A stretch of 64,000 nt of DNA, taken from positions 5,674-69,673 of the forward strand of contig CALZJG010000122.1 of the NCBI GenBank assembly GCA_945787555.1, in the 5' to 3' direction. This DNA comes from an uncultured Chromatiaceae bacterium. GTDB lineage: Bacteria > Pseudomonadota > Gammaproteobacteria > DRLM01. Shown here piece by piece: positions 39,756 to 50,400 of this stretch. The notes beneath the pieces are model-generated. The model searched no databases. It saw only the letters and a program-made list of their open reading frames with translations, and was not told the origin of the DNA. Positions within the stretch are counted from its first letter, which is position 1. Each line of letters begins with the position of its first letter. The translations under genes and the position numbers were made by a program.

Positions 39756-40676
39756 ATGTTGACTATTGCCAACAACTGGAAACAACCTCTGAACGCCTTG
39801 TTGACCGGCGCCGCGATGAACCGCGCCGCGCCGTGGGTCACGCTCGTGCTCCTGGCACTGGTATGCTGGCAAGCCGCCGTGCTGACTTGGTGGCTGCTGC
39901 CGGCGCCGGAACAAACGCCCCCTCCCGCCATCGCCTCGACCACGACACCGGCCGCTGGCGCGGACCCGCTGGCACTCAGCCGCGCCATCGCCGCCCGCCA
40001 TTTATTCGGCTCAACCGTGAGAGAAAGCGTACGCACGGCACCCACCGCCATCCCTGAAACGCGGCTGCAACTGACCTTGCGGGGCGTGATGGCGGCCAGC
40101 CATCCCGACGACGCCACCGCCATCATCGCCGACCCGGCCGGCCAAGAGAATTACTACAACGTGGGCGCCGAACTGCCCGGCGGCGCAACACTCAAGGAGG
40201 TTTATCCCGAACATGTCGTGCTGTCACGCAGCGGGCGTTTCGAAACCTTGAGCCTACCCAAGAATGCCCTGGATATCGTCGGCTCCAACGCGACCCCACC
40301 CCGAACCCGATCGCCCGCCCCGCCGCGCACCTCCTTGCCGCCGCGACCCTCGCCCAACGCCGGCAGGATATTGAGCGACATGCGTGATCGCGTCGCCCAA
40401 AACCCCGCTGCGCTGGGTGAATTGTTTCAAGGCCAACCGGTCAGCGAGGGCGGGCGCATGATCGGCTTCCGCCTGACGGGTAGGTCGAACGTCTCGACGC
40501 TCCGTCAATTCGGCCTGCAGCCTGGCGATGTGGTCACCGCCATCAACGGCGTCGGCCTCAACGATCCCAGCGGGCGCATGGAGTTACTGCGCAACATCGG
40601 CGACGCCGCGCAAGTCACGGTGGAGATTGAGCGCAACGGCACACCTTATGCGTTCACCATCAACGCCGCGCGGTGA
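39756..40676 (+). CDS. gspC: type II secretion system protein C
   Basis: N-terminal TM helix, HR domain (IIADPAGQENYYNVGAELPGGATLKEVYPEHVVLSRSGRFETLSL), Pro-rich linker, C-terminal PDZ. Confidence 0.8.
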   Translation: MLTIANNWKQPLNALLTGAAMNRAAPWVTLVLLALVCWQAAVLTWWLLPAPEQTPPPAIASTTTPAAGADPLALSRAIAARHLFGSTVRESVRTAPTAIPETRLQLTLRGVMAASHPDDATAIIADPAGQENYYNVGAELPGGATLKEVYPEHVVLSRSGRFETLSLPKNALDIVGSNATPPRTRSPAPPRTSLPPRPSPNAGRILSDMRDRVAQNPAALGELFQGQPVSEGGRMIGFRLTGRSNVSTLRQFGLQPGDVVTAINGVGLNDPSGRMELLRNIGDAAQVTVEIERNGTPYAFTINAAR

Positions 40677-40816
40677 GCCCGGCTTACACACGCAATACAG
40701 TTTTAAGATAAACAAGGTACAATCGACTCTTCCCGATGAGTCGAGGATTCTTGGCGCCGGTCGATAGTAAGCTCACAAGGATCGGCAGGCCGGGAAGTCT
40801 GTAAAGGCAGGAGTGC

Positions 40817-42880
40817 ATGCAAATAACGCAAAAGAATAACGTCGGTCGCCGCGCTGCGCATCGATGGTGGTTGGCACCGCTACTGGCCGTGGCACTGACC
40901 GCGACGACACTTAATATCCACGCGGAAAGCTTCACCCTCAATTTCAAAGATGCGGACCTCGAATCGCTGATCGGCTGGGTCGCGGAGCGCACCGGTAAGA
41001 ATTTCGTGGTCGACCCGCGCGTCAAGGGCAAGGTCACCATCATTTCCGGCAAGCCGCTGGACAAGACCGAAATCTATCAAGTTTTCCTGTCGGTGATGCA
41101 AGTCCACGGCTTCGCTGCCGTCCCTAGCGGCGAGCTGACCAAGATCATGCCCGACGTCAACGCCAAACAATCCGGTACGGACATTGCCAGCGCCAGACGC
41201 CCCGGCCGCGGCGATGAAGTCGTCACCCGCGTCATCGCCGTGGATAACGTGCCCGCCGCTCAACTGGTGCCGATTTTGCGACCTTTGGTGCCGCAACAAG
41301 GCCATATGGTGGCCTATCCACCCAGCAATATGCTGATCATCTCCGACCGTGCCAGCAATATCGAGCGCCTGATGGAAATCATCAGCCGCATCGACATTCC
41401 CAGCGCCGAGGATGAAATCGAACTCGTGCCGCTGCAATACGCCTCGGCGGCGGAAGTGGTGCGCATCCTCACCGCCCTGCAACAACAAAGCCGCCAAGGC
41501 GCGCAACAACAAGGCACACCGCTGGAAGGTCGTCCTACCTTGATCGCCGACGTGCGCAGCAATAGCGTGCTCATCGGCGGCGGCAAAAGCCGTCGTCTAC
41601 GCCTGCGCGCGCTGATCTCGCACTTGGACGTTCCCCTGGAGCGTGAAGGCGACATCCATGTAATCTACCTACGCTACGCTAATGCCAAGGAGTTGGTGCC
41701 GGTGCTCACCGGCATCGGCCAAAGCGTCGCGCAGGAAGAGGCCCAACGCGGCGGCGCCGGGGGCCAACCCGGAGCCGCGCCAGCAGCCCAGGCCAGAGGC
41801 GCGCGCAGCGGTCAAAACTTCGACATTCAAGCCGACGAGAGCACCAATGCCCTGGTCATCACCGCCCCTATGTCGGTGTTCCAGTCGCTGCAAGCCGTCA
41901 TACGCCAGCTGGACGTGCGCCGCGCCCAAGTGTTGGTGGAAGCGATCATCGCCGAAGTCCAAATGAACAAGGTTGCCGAGCTGGGCATTCAATGGTTCGC
42001 GGACGGCACGCCGGGCGGCAACGGTCCGGTAGGCTTTACCAACTTCGCCCCCGGCGGCGGCAGCAGCCTGGGCGAAATCGGCGCCCAAGTGCTGGCGGGG
42101 GCCGTCTCCAGCGTGCCCGAAGGCCTCACCCTGGGACTGGGCCGCTTCAACAGTAGCGACGTCAATTTCGGTGCGGTACTGCGCGCCCTGCAAGGCGACG
42201 GCGCCACCAATGTCTTGTCCACCCCGAGCCTCATGACGCTGGACAATCAAGAAGCGGAAATCGTCGTCGGCCAAAACGTCCCCTTCATCACCGGCTCCTT
42301 CAGCGGTGCCAGTGGCACGGCCACCCCCACCAACCCCTTCCAGACCATCGAGCGCCAAAACGTGGGCCTGACCCTGAAGGTCAAACCGCAGATCAACGAG
42401 GGCAACACCATCAAGCTCGAAGTGCTGCAGAAAGTCGACAGCCTGGCCGCGACCCCCACCGGCGCCGCGGACATCACCACCAACACCCGCTCCATCACCA
42501 CTACGGTGCTGGTAGACGACGGCGAGGTAATCGTGTTGGGCGGCCTGATCACCGATAACTTGCGCGAAAGCGTGTCGAAAGTCCCGCTGTTGGGCGATCT
42601 ACCGTTGCTGGGAGCGCTGTTCCGCCACAAGTCCACCACCAAGGAAAAGACTAACCTGATGGTGTTCCTGCACCCGGTCATCATGCGAGACTCAGGCTTG
42701 ATGGCCCATGTCTCCGGCAGTAAATACAATTTCATGCGCGCCGAGCAACTCGATTTGCGCCGACAAGGCGTCGCCTTGTTGCCGGAGGAGGAAACACCGC
42801 TGATGCCCGCGCTGGAAGAATTGCTGGAATTACCGCCGCCTTTTGGCGAGAACGCCGGGTCGGCCCAGCCCGCCAAATAA
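40817..42880 (+). CDS. gspD: type II secretion system secretin
   Basis: 687 aa; N0-N3 domains then secretin domain (VPLLGDLPLLGALFRHKSTTKEKTNLMVFLHP). Confidence 0.92.
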   Translation: MQITQKNNVGRRAAHRWWLAPLLAVALTATTLNIHAESFTLNFKDADLESLIGWVAERTGKNFVVDPRVKGKVTIISGKPLDKTEIYQVFLSVMQVHGFAAVPSGELTKIMPDVNAKQSGTDIASARRPGRGDEVVTRVIAVDNVPAAQLVPILRPLVPQQGHMVAYPPSNMLIISDRASNIERLMEIISRIDIPSAEDEIELVPLQYASAAEVVRILTALQQQSRQGAQQQGTPLEGRPTLIADVRSNSVLIGGGKSRRLRLRALISHLDVPLEREGDIHVIYLRYANAKELVPVLTGIGQSVAQEEAQRGGAGGQPGAAPAAQARGARSGQNFDIQADESTNALVITAPMSVFQSLQAVIRQLDVRRAQVLVEAIIAEVQMNKVAELGIQWFADGTPGGNGPVGFTNFAPGGGSSLGEIGAQVLAGAVSSVPEGLTLGLGRFNSSDVNFGAVLRALQGDGATNVLSTPSLMTLDNQEAEIVVGQNVPFITGSFSGASGTATPTNPFQTIERQNVGLTLKVKPQINEGNTIKLEVLQKVDSLAATPTGAADITTNTRSITTTVLVDDGEVIVLGGLITDNLRESVSKVPLLGDLPLLGALFRHKSTTKEKTNLMVFLHPVIMRDSGLMAHVSGSKYNFMRAEQLDLRRQGVALLPEEETPLMPALEELLELPPPFGENAGSAQPAK

Positions 42881-42886
42881 CCGACC

Positions 42887-44404
42887 ATGAGCACGCTACC
42901 GCCCGCATCCCCCGTAGAGGCTCCTGCCGCCGCGACGGCCAGGCGCTTACCCTTCGCCTACGCCAAGCGGCATGGCGTGTTGGTGGATCGTTACGAGCAA
43001 GGCCGCGCCGTAACACTGTGCCGTCCCGACGTGGCGAGCAGCGCACTGGCCGAAGTGCGCCGTTATACCGGACTACCGCTGCATCTCGAAATCATCCCCC
43101 CCGAACAATTCGACCGCCTGTTGCAGCAAGCCTACGAGCAAGGCTCTACCGAGGCGATGGAGACGATGGGCGACTTCGGCGACGACATGGATTTGACGCG
43201 CATCGCCCAGCAACTACCCGAACCCGAGGACTTGCTGGAGAGCGAGGACGACGCACCCATCATCCGTTTGCTCAATGCCTTACTCACCCAGGCGGTGAAG
43301 GAGAATGCCTCCGACATCCACGTCGAGCCCTACGAGAATCGCATGGTGGTGCGTTTTCGCGTCGACGGCGTGTTGCGCGAAGTGCTGGAACCGCGCCGCG
43401 TGTTGGCGCCGCTGATCGTCTCGCGCATCAAGGTCATGGCGAAACTCGACATCGCCGAAAAACGTTTGCCGCAAGACGGCCGCATTTCACTGCGTATCGC
43501 CGGACGCCCGGTGGACGTGCGCGTCTCCACCATCCCCTCCGGGCATGGTGAGCGCGTGGTGCTGCGCTTGCTCGACAAACAAGCCGGGCGCCTGGATCTG
43601 GAACACTTGGGCATGGCATCAGAATCGATGACGCTGATCGACAAGGTCATCCACCGTCCCCACGGCATCATGCTGGTCACCGGTCCCACCGGCTCGGGCA
43701 AGACCACCACGCTGTATGCGGCGCTGACACGCCTCAACAATCGTCGCCGCAACATCATGACCGTGGAAGACCCGATCGAGTACTACCTCGACGGCATCAG
43801 CCAAACCCATGTCAACACCAAGGTGGAAATGACCTTCGCGCGCGGCTTGCGCGCCATCCTGCGCCAAGACCCGGACGTGGTGATGGTGGGTGAAATCCGC
43901 GACCTGGAAACGGCGGAAATCGCCGTGCAGGCCAGCCTCACCGGCCACTTGGTGCTGTCCACGCTGCACACCAACAGCGCAGTGGGCGCGGTGACGCGCT
44001 TGCGCGACATGGGCGTGGAACCATTTCTATTGTCATCGAGCTTGATCGGCGTACTGGCACAGCGCTTGGTACGCTTGCTCTGCCAACAGTGCAAACGCCC
44101 CTATCAGCCCAGCGCCGCCGAGTGCGAGCGTTATCATATGAGCTGCGAGCCGCCGCCCACCTTGTATCAACCGGCCGGGTGCCCGGCCTGCAATCAGTTG
44201 GGCTACAGCGGCCGCACCGGCATCTACGAACTCGTCGAAGTGGATGAGAAGATGCGCAGTATGATCCACGACGGCAGCGGCGAGCAGGCCCTGGAGGCTT
44301 ACGCCCACAGCCGCCATCGCAATCTGTTCCAAGACGGCCTGCGACGGGTGGTGGCCGGGGACACTTCGCTGGAAGAAGTGCTGCGCGTCACCCACGAGGA
44401 TTAA
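42887..44404 (+). CDS. gspE: type II secretion ATPase
   Basis: 505 aa; Walker [14 protein letters not shown], Asp/His boxes, tetracysteine zinc motif CQQC...CPAC. Confidence 0.93.
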   Translation: MSTLPPASPVEAPAAATARRLPFAYAKRHGVLVDRYEQGRAVTLCRPDVASSALAEVRRYTGLPLHLEIIPPEQFDRLLQQAYEQGSTEAMETMGDFGDDMDLTRIAQQLPEPEDLLESEDDAPIIRLLNALLTQAVKENASDIHVEPYENRMVVRFRVDGVLREVLEPRRVLAPLIVSRIKVMAKLDIAEKRLPQDGRISLRIAGRPVDVRVSTIPSGHGERVVLRLLDKQAGRLDLEHLGMASESMTLIDKVIHRPHGIMLVTGPTGSGKTTTLYAALTRLNNRRRNIMTVEDPIEYYLDGISQTHVNTKVEMTFARGLRAILRQDPDVVMVGEIRDLETAEIAVQASLTGHLVLSTLHTNSAVGAVTRLRDMGVEPFLLSSSLIGVLAQRLVRLLCQQCKRPYQPSAAECERYHMSCEPPPTLYQPAGCPACNQLGYSGRTGIYELVEVDEKMRSMIHDGSGEQALEAYAHSRHRNLFQDGLRRVVAGDTSLEEVLRVTHED

Positions 44405-44521
44405 GAGCTTATCAATGAACAAGACACGCTCGTTCGGCAGCAACAAATCACGCACTGCGCGCCTGGCCCGGGAGCTAGGCGTGCAGCACCGTACGCGTGG
44501 TTCATGCCTTGCTAAGCGCTA

Positions 44522-45739
44522 ATGGGCGCCTATGAATACACCGCCCTAGATGACGGCGGCCGCGAACGTAAGGGCGTGCTGGAAGCCGACACGCCGCGCC
44601 AGATTCGCCAACAATTGCGCGAACAAGGTTGGGCACCGCTCAGTGTGGTGGAGGTGCAGCAAAAAGAAGCGCGCGCTCAACGCCACCGCGGTCTGTTCCG
44701 ACGCGGCATCAGCACCACCGACCTGGCACTAGTCACGCGCCAATTCGCCACCCTGGAACGCTCCGGCTTGCCGATCGAAGAAGCCTTGCAGGCGCTATCG
44801 CGCCAGACCGAGAAACCGCGCCTGAAAAGCATGCTGATGGCGGTGCGCGCACGGGTCATGGAAGGGCATCCGCTGGCTACGGCGCTGGGCGATTTTCCGC
44901 ACGTGTTTCCCGATCTGTATCGCGCCACGGTGTCGGCGGGTGAACAATCGGGCCATCTCGATGCGGTGTTGGAACGCCTGGCCGAGTACACCGAGAGCCG
45001 CCAGACGCTGCGCCAAAAGACCACTCTGGCACTGATTTACCCGGTGCTGGTGATTGTGGTCTCGCTGGCGGTGGTGGCACTGCTGATGGTGTACGTGGTG
45101 CCAGAGATCGTGCAGGTGTTCGAGGGTATCGGCCAACAATTGCCGTGGATCACGCGCAGCTTGATCGCCGCCAGTGATTACACGCGCGACTACGGCTGGC
45201 TGTTGTTGATCATCGCCGTGGTCGTGGTGGGCGGCGCGCGCCTACTATTGAAACGACCGGCGGTACGCCGCCGCGTCGACGCCTTACTGCTGCGCCTGCC
45301 CATGGCGGGCCGCTTGGTGCGCGGCCTGAACACGGCGCGCTTCGCTCGCACGCTTAGCATCCTCAGCGCCAGCGGCGTGCCGGTGCTCGACTCGCTACGC
45401 ATCGCCGCCACTGTGGTTAGCAACTTACCGATGCGTGCCGCGGTCGAAGAAGCGGCACGACGGGTGCGCGAGGGCGCCGCCCTGCATCGCGCCTTGGAAC
45501 AAAGCGGCTACTTCCCGCCCATGACCATCCATCTCATCGCCAGCGGCGAGACCAGCGGCAAACTGGAAGAGATGCTGGAGCGGGCGGCCACCAGCCAGGA
45601 GCGGGAGATGGACGTGCTGATCAGCACTATCAGCGAATTGTTCGGGCCGCTGCTCATCCTCGTGATGGGAGGCATCGTGCTGGTCATCGTGCTGGCGATA
45701 CTGTTGCCCATTTTCGATCTCAATCAATTGGTCAAGTAA
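44522..45739 (+). CDS. gspF: type II secretion inner-membrane platform protein
   Basis: 405 aa; two GspF repeats, 3 TM. Confidence 0.9.
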   Translation: MGAYEYTALDDGGRERKGVLEADTPRQIRQQLREQGWAPLSVVEVQQKEARAQRHRGLFRRGISTTDLALVTRQFATLERSGLPIEEALQALSRQTEKPRLKSMLMAVRARVMEGHPLATALGDFPHVFPDLYRATVSAGEQSGHLDAVLERLAEYTESRQTLRQKTTLALIYPVLVIVVSLAVVALLMVYVVPEIVQVFEGIGQQLPWITRSLIAASDYTRDYGWLLLIIAVVVVGGARLLLKRPAVRRRVDALLLRLPMAGRLVRGLNTARFARTLSILSASGVPVLDSLRIAATVVSNLPMRAAVEEAARRVREGAALHRALEQSGYFPPMTIHLIASGETSGKLEEMLERAATSQEREMDVLISTISELFGPLLILVMGGIVLVIVLAILLPIFDLNQLVK

Positions 45740-45753
45740 ACGGGGGAACCGTC

Positions 45754-46206
45754 GTGTATCCGACAAACTCTTTTCACAAATTGGGCGCGCTGCGCCATGG
45801 CACACGCGGCTTCACGCTCATCGAAGTGATGGTGGTGGTGGTGATTCTCAGCATCTTGGCGGCCATCGTGGTGCCCCGCATCATGGATCGGCCCGATACG
45901 GCGCGCATCACCAAAGCCCAGGCCGACATCCGTGCCCTGGAAAGCGCCCTCAATCTCTATAAACTCGACACTCACAGCTACCCGGGCACCGACGAGGGAT
46001 TGGAAGCACTGATCACCAAGCCCGCCAACGCCCCCACCTGGAAGGACGGCGGTTACATGGACCGCCTGCCCAAGGACCCCTGGGGCAATCCCTATCAATT
46101 TCTCAGTCCCGGCAGCCGCGGCAATATCGATATCTTCAGCCTCGGCGCCGACGGCCAACCGGGCGGCGAAGGTATCAACGCGGACATCGGCAACTGGGAT
46201 TTTTGA
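45754..46206 (+). CDS. gspG: type II secretion major pseudopilin
   Basis: Prepilin motif G/FTLIEVMVVVVIL with Glu+5; the GGGGGAA SD favours GTG 45754, but the leader would be unusually long; a TTG at 45781 gives a shorter leader. Confidence 0.85.
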   Translation: MYPTNSFHKLGALRHGTRGFTLIEVMVVVVILSILAAIVVPRIMDRPDTARITKAQADIRALESALNLYKLDTHSYPGTDEGLEALITKPANAPTWKDGGYMDRLPKDPWGNPYQFLSPGSRGNIDIFSLGADGQPGGEGINADIGNWDF

Positions 46207-46248
46207 TCGGTGCACGCACACCGCCTCGGGCTAGTTGCCAGGACCAAG

Positions 46249-46758
46249 ATGCGGGGTTTCACCTTGCTCGAAGTGCTGGTGGTGATGCTCGTCATCGGCG
46301 TCCTGGTCAGCTTCGCCATGCTGTCGCTGCGCCAGGGCGACAACCGACTCGAGGAAGAGGCGCAACGCCTAGCGGAGCTGATCAAACTGGCGGCGGAAGA
46401 GGCCATCTTCGAAGGTCGCGAGCATGCGGTGGAGTTCAGTGACGAGGGCTATACTTTTCTCGCTTTCGACGGCGAGAAATGGCAGCCGCTGCCTGACGAG
46501 CCCATCTTGCGGCCGCGCACGCTGCCCGACGATGCCAGCCTGAGCGTGGATGTGGAAGGCGACTATGTCACGCTGGGCGCGGACCCGGACGAAGAAGACC
46601 AAGACGAGCGTGCAACGCCCTCGCGCATCTATCTGCTCTCCAGCGGCGAAGTCACCCCCTTCCATATCACGCTGCGCCGCACTGGCGAAGTGGGTGGTTT
46701 TCGCATCAGCGGCGATCCACGTGGCCGCTTGAGCTTCGAGGACACCCGCCGTGAATAG
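46249..46758 (+). CDS. gspH: type II secretion minor pseudopilin
   Basis: MRGFTLLEVLVVMLVIGVL prepilin N-terminus. Confidence 0.85.
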   Translation: MRGFTLLEVLVVMLVIGVLVSFAMLSLRQGDNRLEEEAQRLAELIKLAAEEAIFEGREHAVEFSDEGYTFLAFDGEKWQPLPDEPILRPRTLPDDASLSVDVEGDYVTLGADPDEEDQDERATPSRIYLLSSGEVTPFHITLRRTGEVGGFRISGDPRGRLSFEDTRRE

Positions 46759-47137
46759 GCGCCGGCGCGGCTTCACTTTGATAGAGATTCTAGTCGCGCT
46801 GGCGGTCATCGCCACCGCCGTGGCGGCGGTGGTCACCAGCGTCAGCGCGCATGTCAACAACGCCGCTTATTTGCGCGAACGCACCTTGGCGCATTGGGTA
46901 GCCATGAACAAGATCACCGAAATACAGGTCAGCCGCGCCTGGCCTGGCGCCGGCAACCAACGCGGCGAGGCGCTGATGGCCGGCGGAAACTGGGCCTGGG
47001 AAGTGGCGGTCTCGACCACCGACGACGCCGACGTGCGTCGCCTCGACGTGAAGGTCTACGCGGGCACCAAGACCAAGGGCGAACCGCTCACCAACATGGT
47101 GGCCTATCTGGGCCGGCCGCAGGCAGGAAAACGCTGA
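46751..47137 (+). CDS. gspI: type II secretion minor pseudopilin
   Basis: MNRRRRGFTLIEILVALAVIA prepilin N-terminus. Confidence 0.85.
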   Translation: MNRRRRGFTLIEILVALAVIATAVAAVVTSVSAHVNNAAYLRERTLAHWVAMNKITEIQVSRAWPGAGNQRGEALMAGGNWAWEVAVSTTDDADVRRLDVKVYAGTKTKGEPLTNMVAYLGRPQAGKR

Positions 47138-47754
47138 TGCGGCGCGGCGGCGGCTTCACCTTGATCGAATTGCTGGTGGCGCTGGCCATCTTCGCCATGC
47201 TGGCCAGTGTGGCCTACACGGCACTCAGTACAGTGATGCGCGCCCGCGACCATACTGCGCAGCGCACTGAACGGCTGATCGAACTGCAAACCGCCTTCAC
47301 CTTTCTAATGCGTGACTTAGAACAGGCCGTGCAACGCCCGGTGCGCGACGATTTCGGTGACACCGAGGCGGCCTTGAGCGGCGGTAATCTGGTCGGCTCG
47401 CAACTGCTGGCCGTCACTCACACCGGCTGGCGCAACCCGCTGGGCTTGGCGCGCAGCCATCTGCAACGCGTCGCCTACGCACTCGAACATGAGGAACTGA
47501 TCCGGCGCAGCTGGAGCACGCTGGATCGCACGAGCGGCAGTGAACCTTACGACGATGTCTTGCTCAGCGGCGTCAAGAGCATGGAGCTGCGCTTTTTGGG
47601 CGCCGACACGCAATGGCTGAATTTCTGGCCGCCGCCCGCTACCAACGACAGCGAAACCGACGCCAACGCGGCGAGCTTGCCGCGGGCGGTGGAGATCACC
47701 GTGGACACCGCCGACTACGGTCGGCTCACGCGGCTATTGCGGGTGACAGGATGA
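47137..47754 (+). CDS. gspJ: type II secretion minor pseudopilin
   Basis: MRRGGGFTLIELLVALAIFAML; ATG overlaps the gspI stop (TGATG). The listed ORF start at 46894 is a spurious extension. Confidence 0.85.
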   Translation: MRRGGGFTLIELLVALAIFAMLASVAYTALSTVMRARDHTAQRTERLIELQTAFTFLMRDLEQAVQRPVRDDFGDTEAALSGGNLVGSQLLAVTHTGWRNPLGLARSHLQRVAYALEHEELIRRSWSTLDRTSGSEPYDDVLLSGVKSMELRFLGADTQWLNFWPPPATNDSETDANAASLPRAVEITVDTADYGRLTRLLRVTG

Positions 47755-48701
47755 ATGCCATACGACGCCACTACCGGCTTGCAGCGCGACCCTCACGCGG
47801 CGTGGCGTTGATCACCGCCGTGCTGATCACCGCCGCGATCAGCATCGCCGCAGTGAGCATGGCCGCGCAACAGGCACTAGACGTGCGCCGCACGGCCAAT
47901 CTCATCGACGGCGACCGCGCCTATATCTTCGCCCTCGGCGTTGAGAGCTGGGTGCGGCAGATTTTGATCCGCGACAAGCGCGACAACAAGACGGATCATC
48001 TCGGTGAGGATTGGGCCGTGCAGTTGCCACCGATTACCGTCGAAGGCGCCACTCTGGCCGGTCAGCTGGACGACTTGCAAGGCCGCTACAATCTGAACAA
48101 TCTGATTAAGGACGGCCAAGCCAGCCCGCTCGACGTGGCGCGCTTCCAACGCCTGCTCGGCAATCTCGGCCTCAATCCCAACTTGACCAATGCCATCGTA
48201 GATTGGCTCGACGCCGACGGCGACCCCACTTTTCCCGACGGCGCGGAGGATGGCGAGTACTTGCGCCGCGACCCGCCCTATCGCGCCGCCAACCGCCAGT
48301 TCACCAGTCCCAGCGAACTGCTATTGGTCAACGGCATAACGTCCGATATCTATCAGACGCTAGCGCCCTTGGTGGCGACCTTGCCAAACCGCACCGCCAT
48401 CAACATCAACACCGCGCCCGAGCAGGTTTTAATGGCGTTAGGTGATAACATCACCCAAGCTGACGCCGAGGCATTGCTCAGTGAGCGCGAAGACGAGGGC
48501 TTCGAAAACGTAGCGACTTTCTTGCAACATGAGACCTTGGCGGGGCGTGAGCTCACCGAAGAAGGGCTGAGTGTGGCCAGTGATTATTTTCTACTCGACG
48601 CCGCCACCCGCTTCGGACGTGGCCACACGCGGCTGTTCAGCGTGTTGGTGCGCCGCGACAACGACGTGCAAGCGGTGATGCGCGGATTGGGAAGCTATTA
48701 A
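47751..48701 (+). CDS. gspK: type II secretion minor pseudopilin
   Basis: MNAIRRHYRLAARPSRGVALITAVLITAAIS; ATGA overlap with gspJ. Confidence 0.85.
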   Translation: MNAIRRHYRLAARPSRGVALITAVLITAAISIAAVSMAAQQALDVRRTANLIDGDRAYIFALGVESWVRQILIRDKRDNKTDHLGEDWAVQLPPITVEGATLAGQLDDLQGRYNLNNLIKDGQASPLDVARFQRLLGNLGLNPNLTNAIVDWLDADGDPTFPDGAEDGEYLRRDPPYRAANRQFTSPSELLLVNGITSDIYQTLAPLVATLPNRTAININTAPEQVLMALGDNITQADAEALLSEREDEGFENVATFLQHETLAGRELTEEGLSVASDYFLLDAATRFGRGHTRLFSVLVRRDNDVQAVMRGLGSY

Positions 48702-48724
48702 ACTTAGGAAAGCCGAAAGTCGCC

Positions 48725-49918
48725 ATGAAGCATCGAATCTTCATCCAACTGACCAGCGCAGTCGCAGACCAGGTGCGCTGGTTGTGCGACGATGAACCGA
48801 ACAGCGTGCACAGCGGCTCGCTCACCGACGCCGCCGTCGCGGCGGTCGGGCGTCGGGTCATTGTCTTCGTCCCCGCCACCGAGGTGGTGCTCACCCAAGC
48901 GGATGTACCCACGCGCAATCGCCAGCGGATGGCCGCCGCCGTACCGTTTCTACTCGAAGAACAGTTGACCGAGGATGTCGAGGACTTGCACTTCGCACTC
49001 GGCGAACGCAGCGTCGAGGGTCGGGTGAACGTGGCGGTGGTGGCCCATGCCCATATGCGAGCTTGGGTGGAGGCGCTGAAAAACGCCGCCCTACAACCCG
49101 ACATCATGATCCCCGAAATCTTGTCCTTGCCGCTGGCCGCCGACAACTGGACGTTGGCCAGCGAGGAGAATCGCGCGCTGCTGCGTACCGGCACCGCCAG
49201 CGGCTTAACCATCGACAGCGACGCACTACCATGGCTGTTACCGCGCCTCGTCGCCGAGGCTGACCCCAAGCCCCAACAGGTGACCGTCCTGGGCGCGGTG
49301 ACGCTACCCGAGTTGGAGGTGCCGATCGCGCGTGCGACCCTCGCCGACCCGCTGCTCACGGTGTTGGGGAGCGCTTATCAAGAAACCGGCGCGCTCAATC
49401 TGCTGCAAGGCGCTTACAGCCGCCGCGAACAAATTGGCCGCTTATGGCGCCCGTGGCGCGCCGCCGCCGTGCTGCTCGGCATTTTGGTGTTGGGTCAATT
49501 CATCGTCAAGGGGATACAGGTTCACCAGCTGGAAGGCGAGAACGATCGCTTGCGTACGGCCATCAACCAGATTTATCTCGACGCTTTCCCTGACGCCAAA
49601 CGCGTGGTGGATGCCCAGGCGCAGATGAAGCAACGCCTCGCTGCACTCCGCGGCGGCGGCGGAGACAGCACCAGCCTCATTACGCTGATGGCATCGGTGA
49701 GTGGCCCCCTGAGCAGCGCCGGTAATGTGGAAATCCAACGCGTCAGCTACAAGGACGGCGAACTGAATGTCGCGCTGACCATCAACGATCTGCAACGCCT
49801 CGAACAACTCAAGGATCAATTGAGCGACCAGGGCAAGTTGCAGGTCGAAATACAATCCGCCAGCGCCCGCAACAACCGTGTGGAAGCGCGCTTGCATATC
49901 AAGGGGAGCCGGTCGTGA
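48725..49918 (+). CDS. gspL: type II secretion inner-membrane protein L
   Basis: 397 aa; cytoplasmic actin-like domain, single TM (WRAAAVLLGILVLGQFIV), periplasmic domain. Confidence 0.85.
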   Translation: MKHRIFIQLTSAVADQVRWLCDDEPNSVHSGSLTDAAVAAVGRRVIVFVPATEVVLTQADVPTRNRQRMAAAVPFLLEEQLTEDVEDLHFALGERSVEGRVNVAVVAHAHMRAWVEALKNAALQPDIMIPEILSLPLAADNWTLASEENRALLRTGTASGLTIDSDALPWLLPRLVAEADPKPQQVTVLGAVTLPELEVPIARATLADPLLTVLGSAYQETGALNLLQGAYSRREQIGRLWRPWRAAAVLLGILVLGQFIVKGIQVHQLEGENDRLRTAINQIYLDAFPDAKRVVDAQAQMKQRLAALRGGGGDSTSLITLMASVSGPLSSAGNVEIQRVSYKDGELNVALTINDLQRLEQLKDQLSDQGKLQVEIQSASARNNRVEARLHIKGSRS

Positions 49919-50400
49919 AAGAGTGGTACGCCGGGCTCGCGCAACGCGAAAAACTCATAGTGACTGTCGGCGCCGCGCTGGTGGCGCTGTTGCTGATATA
50001 CGCGCTGCTGTGGGATCCGCTGGCGAGTCGTGCGACTAGCCTGCAGCAAAGCGTAACGGAGCAAAGCGCGCTGCACGCCTGGATGCAAGATGCCGCTGCC
50101 GAGGCCCAGCGCCTGCGCGCAGTGGGCGGTGGTACAGGCGTCAACGGCGGACGCTCCATGCTGTCTGTCGTCGACCAAACCGCGAAAAGTGCCAAGCTGA
50201 TGGGCGCGGTAAAGCGCATCCAACCGGAGGGCGCGGAGTTGGTGCGCGTCACCCTCGAACAAGCCGCTTTCGATGACTTGATGCTCTGGCTGGGCACGCT
50301 GCAACGCAGCTACGCGATCGACGTCGCCGATTTGAGTATCGATCGCCTGGATGCGGGCCGCGTCAGCGCCCGTCTCGCCTTACGGCGGAGCGGCACATGA
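49915..50400 (+). CDS. gspM: type II secretion protein M
   Basis: 161 aa bitopic; ATGA overlap with gspL. Confidence 0.8.
   Translation: MKEWYAGLAQREKLIVTVGAALVALLLIYALLWDPLASRATSLQQSVTEQSALHAWMQDAAAEAQRLRAVGGGTGVNGGRSMLSVVDQTAKSAKLMGAVKRIQPEGAELVRVTLEQAAFDDLMLWLGTLQRSYAIDVADLSIDRLDAGRVSARLALRRSGT

Noticed and set aside
41669-42894. Two long minus-strand ORFs (229 and 215 aa) inside gspD
   Set aside because: Antisense to the secretin gene; Ala/Gly-rich low-complexity translations.
48637-49359. 240-aa minus-strand ORF inside gspL
   Set aside because: Antisense artefact; Ser/Ala/Thr low complexity.
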